NCBI GenBank assembly: GCA_000165345.1
Contig: CM000431.1
Coordinates: 576,001-640,000, forward strand
Direction of reading: 5' to 3'
DNA: 64,000 bases
Below the pieces are notes generated by a model. The model searched no databases, was not told the DNA's origin, and saw only the letters and a program-made list of their open reading frames with translations. The translations under genes were made by a program, and so were the position numbers. Every line of letters begins with the position of its first letter. The stretch's first letter is position 1. Positions 39,236 to 49,449 of this stretch are shown here, in pieces.

Positions 39236-41824
39236 ATGGCTAAAGGAACATTTCAATGTTTTGGTTTTTCTCCAAAGCTTTTGGAGTCAATAAAGATTAT
39301 AGGCTATTCTCTTCCAACTCCGATTCAGCGTAAATGTTTTCCGTCTATTTTAGCAGGTAGAGATGTGGTTGCTATGGCAAGAACAGGTTCTGGTAAAACT
39401 GCGGGTTTCGTATTGCCTATGATTGAACGATTGGGCTGCTCTCATTCGCAAATTGTTGGAATTAGGGGAGTTATATTGTCTCCAACTAGAGAGCTTGCAT
39501 TACAGACTTATCGTGTTGTGCGAAAGCTTGCCTGTAAAACGAATTTGGTTGTTTGCGCACTAACAGGTGGCTCATCGCTTGATAGACAGTTTGAATCATT
39601 ATCTGGAAATCCAGATATTGTAGTTGCAACTCCAGGAAGATTATTCCATCACATTATAGAAGCAGGGCTTTCATTAATAGCTGTCAAAATAATTGTTCTT
39701 GATGAGGCAGACCGACTATTTGAAATGGGATTAGCCAGCCAAATTGAGAAAATATTGGAGTCCATCCCAAAGAATAGGCAATGCGTATTAGTATCAGCTA
39801 CAATGCCTACAGCTCTTGCATCATTTTCTAAAGTTATGTTAAACGAGCCGGAAGTTATTCAAATTGATTCAGATTATATATTAAGTGAAACATTAAAGTT
39901 AACATTTCTCTTTGTTAGAGAGGATGAAAAGCTTGCATCCTTACTATACTTGCTTAGAAACACTATTCCTTCTCACGAAAGAGCTATTATTTTTTGCGCA
40001 ACTAAACATCATGTTGATTATATCGTAAAAATTCTTGAATCAAACAACATTATAGTTAGTTATATTTATGGAAATATGGATCAAGAGGCACGTACAATGC
40101 ATTTGAACACTTTTAGAAAGAATAAGAGTAGAGCGTTAATAGTAACTGACATTGCTGCAAGAGGCGTGGATATACCAATGATCAAATATGTCATAAATTT
40201 TGATTTTCCATTGAGCCCAAAATTATTTGTTCATAGGACTGGAAGAACAGCAAGGGCAGGACAACATGGCAGAGCATTTTCGCTTATTACTTCCAGAGAT
40301 TTACCATACACGATTGACCTTTGTCTGTTTCTTGGCCTTAAAATGACTACGTTAACAAGTAAACAGACTACAGATTCATCAAATTATAGCTTAAACACAG
40401 AAAATAGAGTTGAAGCTGGCATAAGAGACGATGATATTCATGAAGAAGGGATATCTTTTATTAAACCAGCTTCTTTAAATGATTTTCATGGAGAGTCAAG
40501 ATTAATTTTAGCTGGTTTCCCTGATCTTACACTGGAGATAGAATCTATTGAAAGAGTTCTTACTGAGAATTCTGAAATAGAGAGGTGTAGGAGGTCAATG
40601 GAATCTGCGTATTTATTGTACTTGAAAACCAGGACACCATCTTCAAAAGAAAGTTTAAAAAGATCACGGGAACTTTTAGAAAAGTGCGGAGGAGTATCAA
40701 AAATATTAATGTCTATTCATCCAGATTTAAATATAGATACCAATGAAACTAATTTAAATATCGTAACTTTTCAAAATCTCGGAGTTATCAGCGACCCTCT
40801 TTTGGACCATTTGAAATCATTTAGACCAACTGAGAACAAAACTCACAATAAGTATGGGTGCCTTAACCAAGCTACTGGAAAGATGGTTTTAAAGTCATCA
40901 ATCAAGATGAAAAAAATTAAAGATATGGGCAACGTTGTAAAATCAATTCTAAGTGAAGATAAATTTGCAATTGGCACCTCTATTTCTGAGAGTCAAAATG
41001 GTATTTCAGACGAAATATCTTCAAATAATAATATTTCACAGAATTTTGTGAATAAAAAAAGAAAGCCTAAGAAACAGTGTAATAGAGTTAAAGAATCAGA
41101 ACATTTCTTTATACCTTATAAAAATAGTGAAGGGGAAGTTTCTAGATCGACTGGATTACAATTAGAGTCATCAAGTTTTGATATTAATCCTGATGAAGAG
41201 GGCGAGATGAAAAGACAAAAGTGCGTTAGAAAATGGAACTCTAAAAGGAAAAGGTATGAGCTAATCGATATTTCTAAAAAAAATTCCATCAAAAAGTTTA
41301 ACGAAAGTGGTATTAAGGTTAAAGGAGAGCTAAAGTGTACGGGGCAATATAAGAAATGGAAGGCAAATACAAATTTAAAGATCCAGAATGTTGGTGAAAT
41401 CGAGGATACAGAACTTAATAAAACTATTCGTAATAATGGGTTTAAAGATAAATATAATACGAGCGATATTAACTCTTCATTTGACTATTCGAACGTACAT
41501 GATAAACATAAAGGGATCATTGAGGCTATAAGTAAAGGTATTAAGCTAACTCACAAACAGAAACGTATTGCAAGACGCATTGGAATAATCAAGGAAAAAA
41601 TTGTTAATAAAAGCAAAAGTTTGCAAAATGAAATAAGAACTCCGCAGCAGATTCTTAAAAAACGAGCAAATGACGTCAAACAAAGAATGAAAAATGATTT
41701 AGAATTTAGAAGAAAGCAGCTAGCAAAAAAAAATAAGGAGTTTGCAGAGAAGAATTTTAAAAAAGTTATTCAAAAGGGGAGACCGAACAGGAGTAAAGTT
41801 GTGCTAGTTGAAAGGCGTAGATAG
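39236..41824 (+). CDS. DEAD-box ATP-dependent RNA helicase, DDX54/Dbp10 type
   Basis: Motif I AMARTGSGKTAGFVLPMIE, motif II DEADRLFEMG, SAT, HRTGRTARAG. C-terminal Dbp10-type extension (FIPYK..., KWNSKRKRY, YKKWKAN). Confidence 0.8.
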   Translation: MAKGTFQCFGFSPKLLESIKIIGYSLPTPIQRKCFPSILAGRDVVAMARTGSGKTAGFVLPMIERLGCSHSQIVGIRGVILSPTRELALQTYRVVRKLACKTNLVVCALTGGSSLDRQFESLSGNPDIVVATPGRLFHHIIEAGLSLIAVKIIVLDEADRLFEMGLASQIEKILESIPKNRQCVLVSATMPTALASFSKVMLNEPEVIQIDSDYILSETLKLTFLFVREDEKLASLLYLLRNTIPSHERAIIFCATKHHVDYIVKILESNNIIVSYIYGNMDQEARTMHLNTFRKNKSRALIVTDIAARGVDIPMIKYVINFDFPLSPKLFVHRTGRTARAGQHGRAFSLITSRDLPYTIDLCLFLGLKMTTLTSKQTTDSSNYSLNTENRVEAGIRDDDIHEEGISFIKPASLNDFHGESRLILAGFPDLTLEIESIERVLTENSEIERCRRSMESAYLLYLKTRTPSSKESLKRSRELLEKCGGVSKILMSIHPDLNIDTNETNLNIVTFQNLGVISDPLLDHLKSFRPTENKTHNKYGCLNQATGKMVLKSSIKMKKIKDMGNVVKSILSEDKFAIGTSISESQNGISDEISSNNNISQNFVNKKRKPKKQCNRVKESEHFFIPYKNSEGEVSRSTGLQLESSSFDINPDEEGEMKRQKCVRKWNSKRKRYELIDISKKNSIKKFNESGIKVKGELKCTGQYKKWKANTNLKIQNVGEIEDTELNKTIRNNGFKDKYNTSDINSSFDYSNVHDKHKGIIEAISKGIKLTHKQKRIARRIGIIKEKIVNKSKSLQNEIRTPQQILKKRANDVKQRMKNDLEFRRKQLAKKNKEFAEKNFKKVIQKGRPNRSKVVLVERRR

Positions 41825-41859
41825 TAATTTATACTTTTTTCTAGAGACTTAAATTAGTT

Positions 41860-42123
41860 TTAATTTATTCTTTTTTTAATTTCATTAAGGGATTCTTTAT
41901 TGAAAATTACTTTAATTTTCAATGAACAGCTTTCACATTGTAAAACTACGGAACTATCATTCCCTTTAGCTTCTGAATTGACTATCTCTTCAAGATAAGG
42001 AAGCGTTGTCCAGAATATGTCGCCGCATGAGCAATTATATGATAGAGTTCCCGAATAAATATCCAACCATTCCAACTCATCAATGTATATGACTTTCCAT
42101 ATAAATCCGTTTTTATCATTCAT
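41860..42123 (-). CDS. DPH3: Diphthamide biosynthesis protein 3 (Kti11/DPH3), CSL-type zinc finger
   Basis: YIDELEWLDIYSGTLSYNCSCGDIF...LQCESCSLKIKVIF matches the DPH3 CSL zinc finger. First ATG at 42123; the track starts at an upstream TTG. Confidence 0.75.
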   Translation of the reverse strand: MNDKNGFIWKVIYIDELEWLDIYSGTLSYNCSCGDIFWTTLPYLEEIVNSEAKGNDSSVVLQCESCSLKIKVIFNKESLNEIKKRIN

Positions 42124-42154
42124 GGAAAGGTTAGAATTAGCAATCAATGCAAAT

Positions 42155-43342
42155 CTAAATTGTTTTATTTAAATATTTTTCCGATATAACAGAAATTGGA
42201 TCAATCTTAATTAAAGACTCAAATACTTCGAACGGTTCTGTCGGCTCATAAAATTCTAAACTTGATTTTTTCGAATCACTATTAAATATCAGAGACAATG
42301 CAGAAATTGAAAGAAATGTATGTAGCGGATCTGAATGACCTTTGTTGTCGGTATTAAAAGGAGATTTTTGAAAACCGCCATAAATATTGTTTTGATGGCA
42401 TAGAATTCCATTTATCAATATTTTTAATATTTTTGAGTTAATGATTGATGAACAGTCAATATTTCTATTAATAGTAATATTTTTCACGATCTTAAGACTT
42501 GCAAATACCCACCATGAGTAGCATACATCACATTTTTTCCCAATGCGTCCATTAAAGCAATACGATTGATACTTAGTATTTTCGTGACTTTCAGAAGCGA
42601 TTATTCTCTTTAATAGCCACCTGTTTAGTCTGTTAAAATTAAACAACAAATCAATTGAGTTATTTTTCGTTATTTCTTTGATTATTGCTATCGATGAAAC
42701 TGCGCAGAAAGTATATCCTGCATGGGACTCGTCTTTATAGCGTTTACCGAATCCACCATCTTTGTTTTGCATATTAACCAATAGCTTTGTTAGTTCTGAA
42801 ATTCTAAAGACTGAATCTTGTTTTAAATCAGGATAGTTCGATAAATAGTATACAAGTAGTGTTGAATAAATAAACCTGACGTCAAATTGTCTTAAGCAGT
42901 TTTTGGAGTTATTGATATATATTTTTTCACCTCTCAAGGCAATTAGGCTTTTTATAAAAGCAGTTAATTCATATTTGTTATCTTCAGTAATTTTATTGTT
43001 TAATATTGTCTTTATTTGTATCCCACTAAGTATAGAAAGAATGGAAGGTCTAACAAAATCAAATGGATTAAGAGAATAAAATTTTAACTTAAAGTTATCT
43101 ATAAGTAATTCACGTTCACATTTTTTTAATAAATGTAAAAACTTATTTCTAGCATTATGGAGTTGATCGCAAATATTAAATTGAATTAAATCTGAGCAGC
43201 ACAAAACCCAATAAATACCATGTATAAATACTGAACTCAGCTGGATTTTAGATGAATCATAGCTGTTTATTGCATCATTTGTTACAAAGATTAGATATTT
43301 TTTATGTAGTTCCAGGTCGAATTTTCGTGCTGCATTATACAT
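42155..43342 (-). CDS. RABGGTB: Rab geranylgeranyltransferase (GGTase-II) beta subunit
   Basis: Prenyltransferase alpha-alpha toroid repeats: NKDGGFGKRYKDESHAGYTFCAV; DVCYSWWVFASLKIV is near-identical to human RABGGTB DVCYSWWVLASLKII. Confidence 0.8.
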   Translation of the reverse strand: MYNAARKFDLELHKKYLIFVTNDAINSYDSSKIQLSSVFIHGIYWVLCCSDLIQFNICDQLHNARNKFLHLLKKCERELLIDNFKLKFYSLNPFDFVRPSILSILSGIQIKTILNNKITEDNKYELTAFIKSLIALRGEKIYINNSKNCLRQFDVRFIYSTLLVYYLSNYPDLKQDSVFRISELTKLLVNMQNKDGGFGKRYKDESHAGYTFCAVSSIAIIKEITKNNSIDLLFNFNRLNRWLLKRIIASESHENTKYQSYCFNGRIGKKCDVCYSWWVFASLKIVKNITINRNIDCSSIINSKILKILINGILCHQNNIYGGFQKSPFNTDNKGHSDPLHTFLSISALSLIFNSDSKKSSLEFYEPTEPFEVFESLIKIDPISVISEKYLNKTI

Positions 43343-43409
43343 TATATCTTTTTTATTCCCAATGAATTATGCCGCCGCAACTATTCTAAATCACTTTGAA
43401 TTGAATAAT

Positions 43410-43912
43410 ATGAAAAAGACTCAAATATCAAACGGTAAGTAATTCAACTATCACTATATGTTATCATTCTGTCTCAGTTGCAAGTGGGATTTTGTCTAGA
43501 TCGGTTTTGAAAGGAGACCCTGTTTTTTCGCAAGAAGACTTGTCTAGCAGAAAAATAATTAAAAATGAAAGCAAAAAGCACAGTAAAAGAAACGTAAGTT
43601 ATCTTCATGATAAAAACTTCTAATAACTTATATAAATAGGCTAATGAAAATATTTTGAACACAATTTTTTTAAAACAAACCGCAAAGAATCAAAGGGAGA
43701 AGAGTTTGAAGCAGTTAGCGACGAAAGGAGTCGTAAAGTTCTTTAATATGATAGTAAACTATCAGGAAAATTCAAACATCAAAGCAAGTAAAGGCACTAG
43801 TAGTCCGAAAAATGCAGGACATTGCACAGAAACTAGGAAGGTAAAAAACGTGGAGTCCAACATTAAACCAAATAGATTCGGAACAATTGTTGGAATGCAT
43901 TCAGATAGGTAA
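43410..43912 (+). CDS. RRP15: RRP15-like rRNA-processing protein, 3 exons (43410..43434, 43478..43593, 43640..43912); introns 43 and 46 nt
   Basis: Only its last exon is in the ORF track (43655..43912). LKQLATKGVVKFFNMIVNYQENS matches human RRP15 [23 protein letters not shown]. Donors ACG|GTAAGT and AAC|GTAAGT; acceptors CTGTCTCAG| and TATAAATAG|. Start codon is 67 nt from the divergent RABGGTB start. Confidence 0.7.
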
Positions 43913-43936
43913 TGATGACGAAACTAAATTACTCTA

Positions 43937-46900
43937 CTAATGTTTAGCAATTCCTATTGCGTCTAAAACTATATCCCAACAGTAATTATCTATTATATTG
44001 TTAATGCATTGTTCAAACGAATATCTAACAGTATCTTCCCTCAAAGCAGTAAACTTTTCCAGATTAGTGAAAATAATTTTCAATTCATCCTGATCTATAT
44101 AGTAAGTCTCACTTTCTATTAATCTCGTGGCAAACTTCATGTATTGACTTGAAATGGTTATTATAGACTTGAGTGCATGCCATATATCTGTCACAATCTG
44201 TTCTTCATATGCTGAAAAGATTAATTGTAGATTTTCATTGGTATTGAGCAAGTAAGCATCAAAATAATTTCTAATCTTATAGAGTGGCTTCTTTCCAATT
44301 ATTACACATTTTGTAAGAGCTGATATTTCAATCAGTGTATTTGGTAGAAGAGGAGCATAAAATAGCTTCTTTGCAGCAGATATAGCCAGACTATTAATGG
44401 CAGATACATGATCTGAACGATGAAATAATAAATCTCCAGCTTTATATTTATTTTCTTGCAAGCGATTTATTAGATACATTGTGCATTTTAGTGATTGCAA
44501 TATGTTTCCGCTAGACTCTAATTTATAAATTATTGCCTCGAGCAACCAATTCAGCGGTATCCCCAATTTATCGACTAAGAACTTCCACTTTTCATCATTT
44601 AAGTAATCTTCGGGATTAGAATAATCGGGATTCTCTTGTATATTTCTCATAATAACGCAATTAAGAAGATAATAAAAGTCTGAGTTCATATTAGTATGCA
44701 TTATGATAAAAACTGCCCATTCCCACAAACCAAGAATTTCTAGTTCCTCTATAAGTATTAAGTTTAATTTATTTGTAGGTGTAATCTCATTACTATTGCA
44801 GATACTGTTGTGATAGAACGTGAGGGCCCTTGCAATTAGCCAATTAAATGAAGAGAATTTGATAGAGCCGAAGTTGTTCAATCGAAATAGCTCTACCTGT
44901 CTAGAATTTTCATCGCCAAAGAAGAATTTAATTATTTGAAATTGTATCTGCTCAAATACTTGTTTTTTGCCTACCTCTGATGGACTTATGTTAATAGGAT
45001 CATCTGAATCAATTAATTTTCCCAATTTTTGTGTATTATCAATTAAAGAGGCGTTTTTCATTTTTAGTAACCTTTCACCAAGCTTTGAATTTGTTGAATA
45101 ATTTGCAGATAGGAATACGTTATTTTGCCATTCGTATAAAAAACCATCCGCAGATGCATCTATATTAGATATTGTTTTGTATATTCTATTTGAATAAGAA
45201 GTTAGATCCGAAACAAGACCGATTTTTGACCACCACTGCATGTTTTCCATCATCTGCAAAATAGACGTTTTATTATTTCCAATGGACAAGAACAACGACG
45301 CAGTCCTTGGAATCGTCAAATATGATAAACTTGGGCCATTTCTAACTAGATCAAGTAAGTTTCCGTTTACAATATTATTCAAGAGAAGGCTAATTCTTTC
45401 TTCATGTAAACATTGAGAATTTTGTTTGTCATCACCAAACCTAATCACTGGAATGTCATTAATCACAATCTTCATCCACCAGGAAATCAGTTCTCTTAAA
45501 TTAGACTCGAAACGCTTTTCAGATGGATTATTCAAATTTTTAATTATTAATTCCATTATTCCACCAACCAAACCAAATGTTTGTTCAAAATATTTTAATC
45601 GCTCAAAATTTAAAGAATTAAACTTGAATCCAGATAAATGCGAATAAATTTCAACTTCATTTTTTGTTATGCTCCACAGGAGGAAAATAAGTTTTATTAT
45701 TGATTCGATTGAAACTCCAGAACAATTATTACTTGTTTTATTTCCTATTATCTCAAAATATAGCCTAAACCAGGCAGAAATCAACCTTCGGGAATAACCC
45801 AAATTGTTTATTGAATCTTTAGTTACGGATCCTGTCAGGTTATTTATTCTTAATAGAGTAATCGATGTGTTATAGTCGCTAACACCTTGAATATCTTTAC
45901 GAAATGATCTATGTGGTACTACAACAAAACTATTTGAGCCAATATACATACCACTTCTGAAACAGATTCCATTATAAGCAGATTTCTTTAAGCTATTGTC
46001 TTTTTCCACAATGCTTTTAATTTCTGAGTACAAACTAAAATTATATTGGCTCTTCATTACAAAAAAATGACCTTTATACTGTTCTTGTTTAGAACTTCGA
46101 AGAAAATGATTTTCCTGGTCGGAGACATTAAAATTAGTTTCTTTTGTCGCAAGAGCACTACAAGGTTCTTTAAAGTGAGATAAAGAATTATCTTCACTCA
46201 AAAAACCATATTTAGAAAAATGTGTGACCTCAAATTTCCATTCCCAGGTAATAGTATCAAGCGAAATAAATCTTGCACCCATTTGCTCTGTGTAAGACTT
46301 AATTTGTTTAACACGATTACTGTTAAATTCGTCTATCTCTTGTGGATCTTTAGAGGGTATAGCTCTCTTTGGTTTGCAATTCTTGAGTGTTATAATAGCT
46401 TTTTTATTTAATCCTTCGCCAATTGGAATAGAGGAGTCTCCATCACCATATACCGACACACATAGAGGTTCAATGGAAACAACTGAATCAAGATTAATCC
46501 CACGTAAATCAGTAACTCCAGGCCAAACGATCTCCCCAACTCCTTCTCTAACTATTTTGAAGTCTTCCACGACGGCAAGTCTCTCTTCTGAAAATGTTTT
46601 TAATAATTCTATTGATGGAATACAAAAGTAGTCATGCTTGGTGAGTATTGGGGTCAGGGATTCAATAACAAATTCTTTTTGCTTCCTTATATAGGACTTA
46701 ACTAGATCAGATGGGATGCTATCTATCAACTGATCTGGCCTTCTAGTAATAGGTCTAGGTGTTGTAAGACCAATGGAGCTACGTGCCTGACGTTCATTAC
46801 TAACAGCCGAAATAGAATTTACTGAGTTTCTATGTTGGTTTAAATATGGAGTTCTTGCTGCATTATTACTTTCATTAACTACCCTACCAATTGAAGTTCT

Positions 46901-49354
46901 GCAATCATCACTTTTGGAAATTTGCACATCCTGCGAAATACGTGAAATTGAATCGAGGTTTATCAATGGCTTTGAACTATCAGAACTTGACTTATTCTCA
47001 ATTTTTGAGGCTCTTGGGGAGAAAGTAGCTGAACTAGAATCATCTATTGCATCTTCAAATGTTTCGTCTAAAGGGACAAACTTTGTAGTATGAGATGTAG
47101 TAAATACCAAGGACCTAGTTTTGGAATTTGTAGGTGAATTTCCATTTTGTTCTGGAGACTGTACCGCGTCAAAGAACTGTTGTTGACGCTCAAGCAAGTT
47201 TAGGAATGCTGCAGGAGTCTGAGGATCCATAGTTTTCTCAATGCGCCTAACGGAAGTTAAAAGAGCAGTATTATGTCTCGCACTCTCGGTTGCAACCGCA
47301 GGAAGAGCCAGTTCTGATGAATTTGTAATTCTTTCGTGAGAAACGTGACTTAAGTTATCGAGTTGGTATCTATTAGAACGAGAAATAAATTGTGGTAGAG
47401 GTTTCCAGAGCCATAGTGACTTTCCTCTTTCATTCGAATCAGAATACTTTGAATTCTGAACAATTGGCTTAGGAAGCACACTATTGATTAATTTGTTTGA
47501 AGAAAGCCCATTGCCTAAAACAATTGACGAGTTTTGATTTGAAGGCTTTCCAGATTGCCCACCACCAAGTATATTCTGTAGCTGAATTGAGCTATTATTC
47601 AGTTGAGAATTTCCTGGTAAATTTGTTTGACCAATTGCAGAATTCGAAACCCCAGAAGTCAAAGATGACCATGATTGATTAGGAGGATTAACGCTTGAGA
47701 ATCCAAATGACTGAGATAAAGAAGTTGATTGGCCAAATAAGCTTGAACTGGATGCGTTTGCATTATTGTTATTCAGCGTATTCTGAGGTTGAGTGGAACT
47801 AAATAGACTATTTGGAGAGTTACTAAACAAGCCTGACGAGCTAGGCAGCGTTGAACCAAATAAGCTTGTAGATAAATTAGCTCCACTTGTACTACCAGAA
47901 CCTGCACCCAAATTAGAGCCACTTAATGTTTGATTACTACCAAATAATGGCTTCATTGAAAGCGAAGAATTTGACAAAGAAATTTGAGGTTGAGTATTTG
48001 AATTTGAATTAAAAAGAGTCAAGCTGGCACTATTTGAAGTTGTCGAACTCCCCCCAAACAAGGAACCAGAAGTCTTTAGAGAGCTATCTAGTGATCCTAA
48101 ATTGGATGGCTGCCCAAACAAATTACCACCGTTTAAACTGCTAATACTTGTACCTAAGTTGTTGCTGTTATTACTATTATTAATAATACCATTATTGCTA
48201 TTGCTAGAGAATAAACTGGGAGTGGAGAATAATCCTGAGTTTGAACCACTCGTTGAAGATTGAAGTGGAAATGAATTTGTATTGTTCGAAGCACCAAATA
48301 ATCCATTATTTGATACAAACTGAGTATTACCTATGTTTGATTGAGAGTTTTGAAGCCCCTGACCTAGAATTGAAGTTTGGCCCAAACCTGAGGACGAGCC
48401 ACTAGAACCGAAAAGAGAGTTTTGTGGTGTCGTTGATGATATAAAAGATGACTGAGGTTGTCCAAAAATTGAGTTTGAGATAGAAGGTCCTTGGGAGTTA
48501 GAAGCAAACCCGCCAGCGTTAGAAAATGAGCTATTCCCAAAACTATTGGTGCTTGTGGTAAAATTCGTATTGATGGATGATAAACTATTTGCAGGCCCTC
48601 TTTTTTCTTGATAATCTTCCCATCTAAGCTCTTCAACTGACTTTTTCTGATCAATGTCCTTCTGATATACAATAGACATGATTCTGGCATCGCTATCTCT
48701 ATCGACTACGGGTTGAAATGTAATCCCATTTGTGCCTTTCTTTGCCCCAAAAATATTCGAATTTGTTCCCATAGTGCCTCCGAAGGGCGAAGCTGAGGTG
48801 TTACCAAAAGTCTGAATGGGCATTGACCCAAAAAGACCACTATTGTTTTGTTGCCCAAAAAAGCTTGATGGGTTGCTTTGAGATGACTGGCTTCCAAAGC
48901 CTCCAGAAGTTCCAAATGAGTTTTGAAAAGAGCCAAAGCCTCCAGAGTTATTTGCCGAGCTAGAATTAAAAAACCCAGAGCTAGAACCTATCGTAGAAGA
49001 GGAACTTGAGCCAAACATAGTTGGTTGTGTAGAACTTATTTGCTGATTACCTCCAAACGTACTCATTGATTGGCCAAATAAGCCATTGGAAGATTGACCA
49101 AAAACTGAAGATTGCCCAGTATTTCCAAACCCGGAATTAGAAGAGCCAGTACTTCCAAATAGCCCAGGGCTCGCATTTCCTCCAAATAGGGAAGTTGATG
49201 AATTAAACAATCCCGTTGAAGCCGGTTGTACCGTATTAATATTTTGTGATACCCCTTGCTGGCCGATCCCAACTCCAAAAGAGTTGGATGTTCCAAATAA
49301 TCCTCCAGAAGACTGTTGGTTTTGGTTTGAACCAAACCCTCCTCCACCAAGCAT
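43937..49354 (-). CDS. Nup98-Nup96 nucleoporin precursor (FG/GLFG repeat N-terminus, autoproteolytic domain, Nup96-like alpha-solenoid)
   Basis: The N-terminal ~900 aa are GLFG/FG repeats (GLFGTSNSFG, GLFGSTG...). EVTHF|SKYGF matches the Nup98 autocleavage site HFS at about nt 46213-46218. Long helical C-terminal part. Confidence 0.8.
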   Translation of the reverse strand: MLGGGGFGSNQNQQSSGGLFGTSNSFGVGIGQQGVSQNINTVQPASTGLFNSSTSLFGGNASPGLFGSTGSSNSGFGNTGQSSVFGQSSNGLFGQSMSTFGGNQQISSTQPTMFGSSSSSTIGSSSGFFNSSSANNSGGFGSFQNSFGTSGGFGSQSSQSNPSSFFGQQNNSGLFGSMPIQTFGNTSASPFGGTMGTNSNIFGAKKGTNGITFQPVVDRDSDARIMSIVYQKDIDQKKSVEELRWEDYQEKRGPANSLSSINTNFTTSTNSFGNSSFSNAGGFASNSQGPSISNSIFGQPQSSFISSTTPQNSLFGSSGSSSGLGQTSILGQGLQNSQSNIGNTQFVSNNGLFGASNNTNSFPLQSSTSGSNSGLFSTPSLFSSNSNNGIINNSNNSNNLGTSISSLNGGNLFGQPSNLGSLDSSLKTSGSLFGGSSTTSNSASLTLFNSNSNTQPQISLSNSSLSMKPLFGSNQTLSGSNLGAGSGSTSGANLSTSLFGSTLPSSSGLFSNSPNSLFSSTQPQNTLNNNNANASSSSLFGQSTSLSQSFGFSSVNPPNQSWSSLTSGVSNSAIGQTNLPGNSQLNNSSIQLQNILGGGQSGKPSNQNSSIVLGNGLSSNKLINSVLPKPIVQNSKYSDSNERGKSLWLWKPLPQFISRSNRYQLDNLSHVSHERITNSSELALPAVATESARHNTALLTSVRRIEKTMDPQTPAAFLNLLERQQQFFDAVQSPEQNGNSPTNSKTRSLVFTTSHTTKFVPLDETFEDAIDDSSSATFSPRASKIENKSSSDSSKPLINLDSISRISQDVQISKSDDCRTSIGRVVNESNNAARTPYLNQHRNSVNSISAVSNERQARSSIGLTTPRPITRRPDQLIDSIPSDLVKSYIRKQKEFVIESLTPILTKHDYFCIPSIELLKTFSEERLAVVEDFKIVREGVGEIVWPGVTDLRGINLDSVVSIEPLCVSVYGDGDSSIPIGEGLNKKAIITLKNCKPKRAIPSKDPQEIDEFNSNRVKQIKSYTEQMGARFISLDTITWEWKFEVTHFSKYGFLSEDNSLSHFKEPCSALATKETNFNVSDQENHFLRSSKQEQYKGHFFVMKSQYNFSLYSEIKSIVEKDNSLKKSAYNGICFRSGMYIGSNSFVVVPHRSFRKDIQGVSDYNTSITLLRINNLTGSVTKDSINNLGYSRRLISAWFRLYFEIIGNKTSNNCSGVSIESIIKLIFLLWSITKNEVEIYSHLSGFKFNSLNFERLKYFEQTFGLVGGIMELIIKNLNNPSEKRFESNLRELISWWMKIVINDIPVIRFGDDKQNSQCLHEERISLLLNNIVNGNLLDLVRNGPSLSYLTIPRTASLFLSIGNNKTSILQMMENMQWWSKIGLVSDLTSYSNRIYKTISNIDASADGFLYEWQNNVFLSANYSTNSKLGERLLKMKNASLIDNTQKLGKLIDSDDPINISPSEVGKKQVFEQIQFQIIKFFFGDENSRQVELFRLNNFGSIKFSSFNWLIARALTFYHNSICNSNEITPTNKLNLILIEELEILGLWEWAVFIIMHTNMNSDFYYLLNCVIMRNIQENPDYSNPEDYLNDEKWKFLVDKLGIPLNWLLEAIIYKLESSGNILQSLKCTMYLINRLQENKYKAGDLLFHRSDHVSAINSLAISAAKKLFYAPLLPNTLIEISALTKCVIIGKKPLYKIRNYFDAYLLNTNENLQLIFSAYEEQIVTDIWHALKSIITISSQYMKFATRLIESETYYIDQDELKIIFTNLEKFTALREDTVRYSFEQCINNIIDNYCWDIVLDAIGIAKH

Positions 49355-49449
49355 TTTGTTTCAATTAATTGGGAAAAATTCCGTGTCGTATAGCATCTGC
49401 CCCACTTAAGGTTGCCGCTTTATGGCGGTGTTTTTATACTATAGACATT

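Noticed and set aside
43474-43662. Minus-strand 62-aa ORF
   Set aside because: It overlaps exons 2-3 of the plus-strand RRP15 gene and has no homology of its own.
43841-43875. 35-nt intron at the 3' end of RRP15 (GTAAAA...AAATAG)
   Set aside because: Read-through stays in frame, and the unspliced C-terminus (..NRFGTIVGMHSDR) resembles the RRP15 tail (..FISVLRGMDGS) better than the spliced alternative.
45426-49350. Short ORFs on both strands within the Nup98-96 gene (45426..45647, 46220..46411, 46374..46631, 48364..48690, 48706..48936, 49063..49350)
   Set aside because: They lie inside or antisense to the FG-repeat and helical coding region of one long, well-supported ORF. They are low-complexity artefacts.
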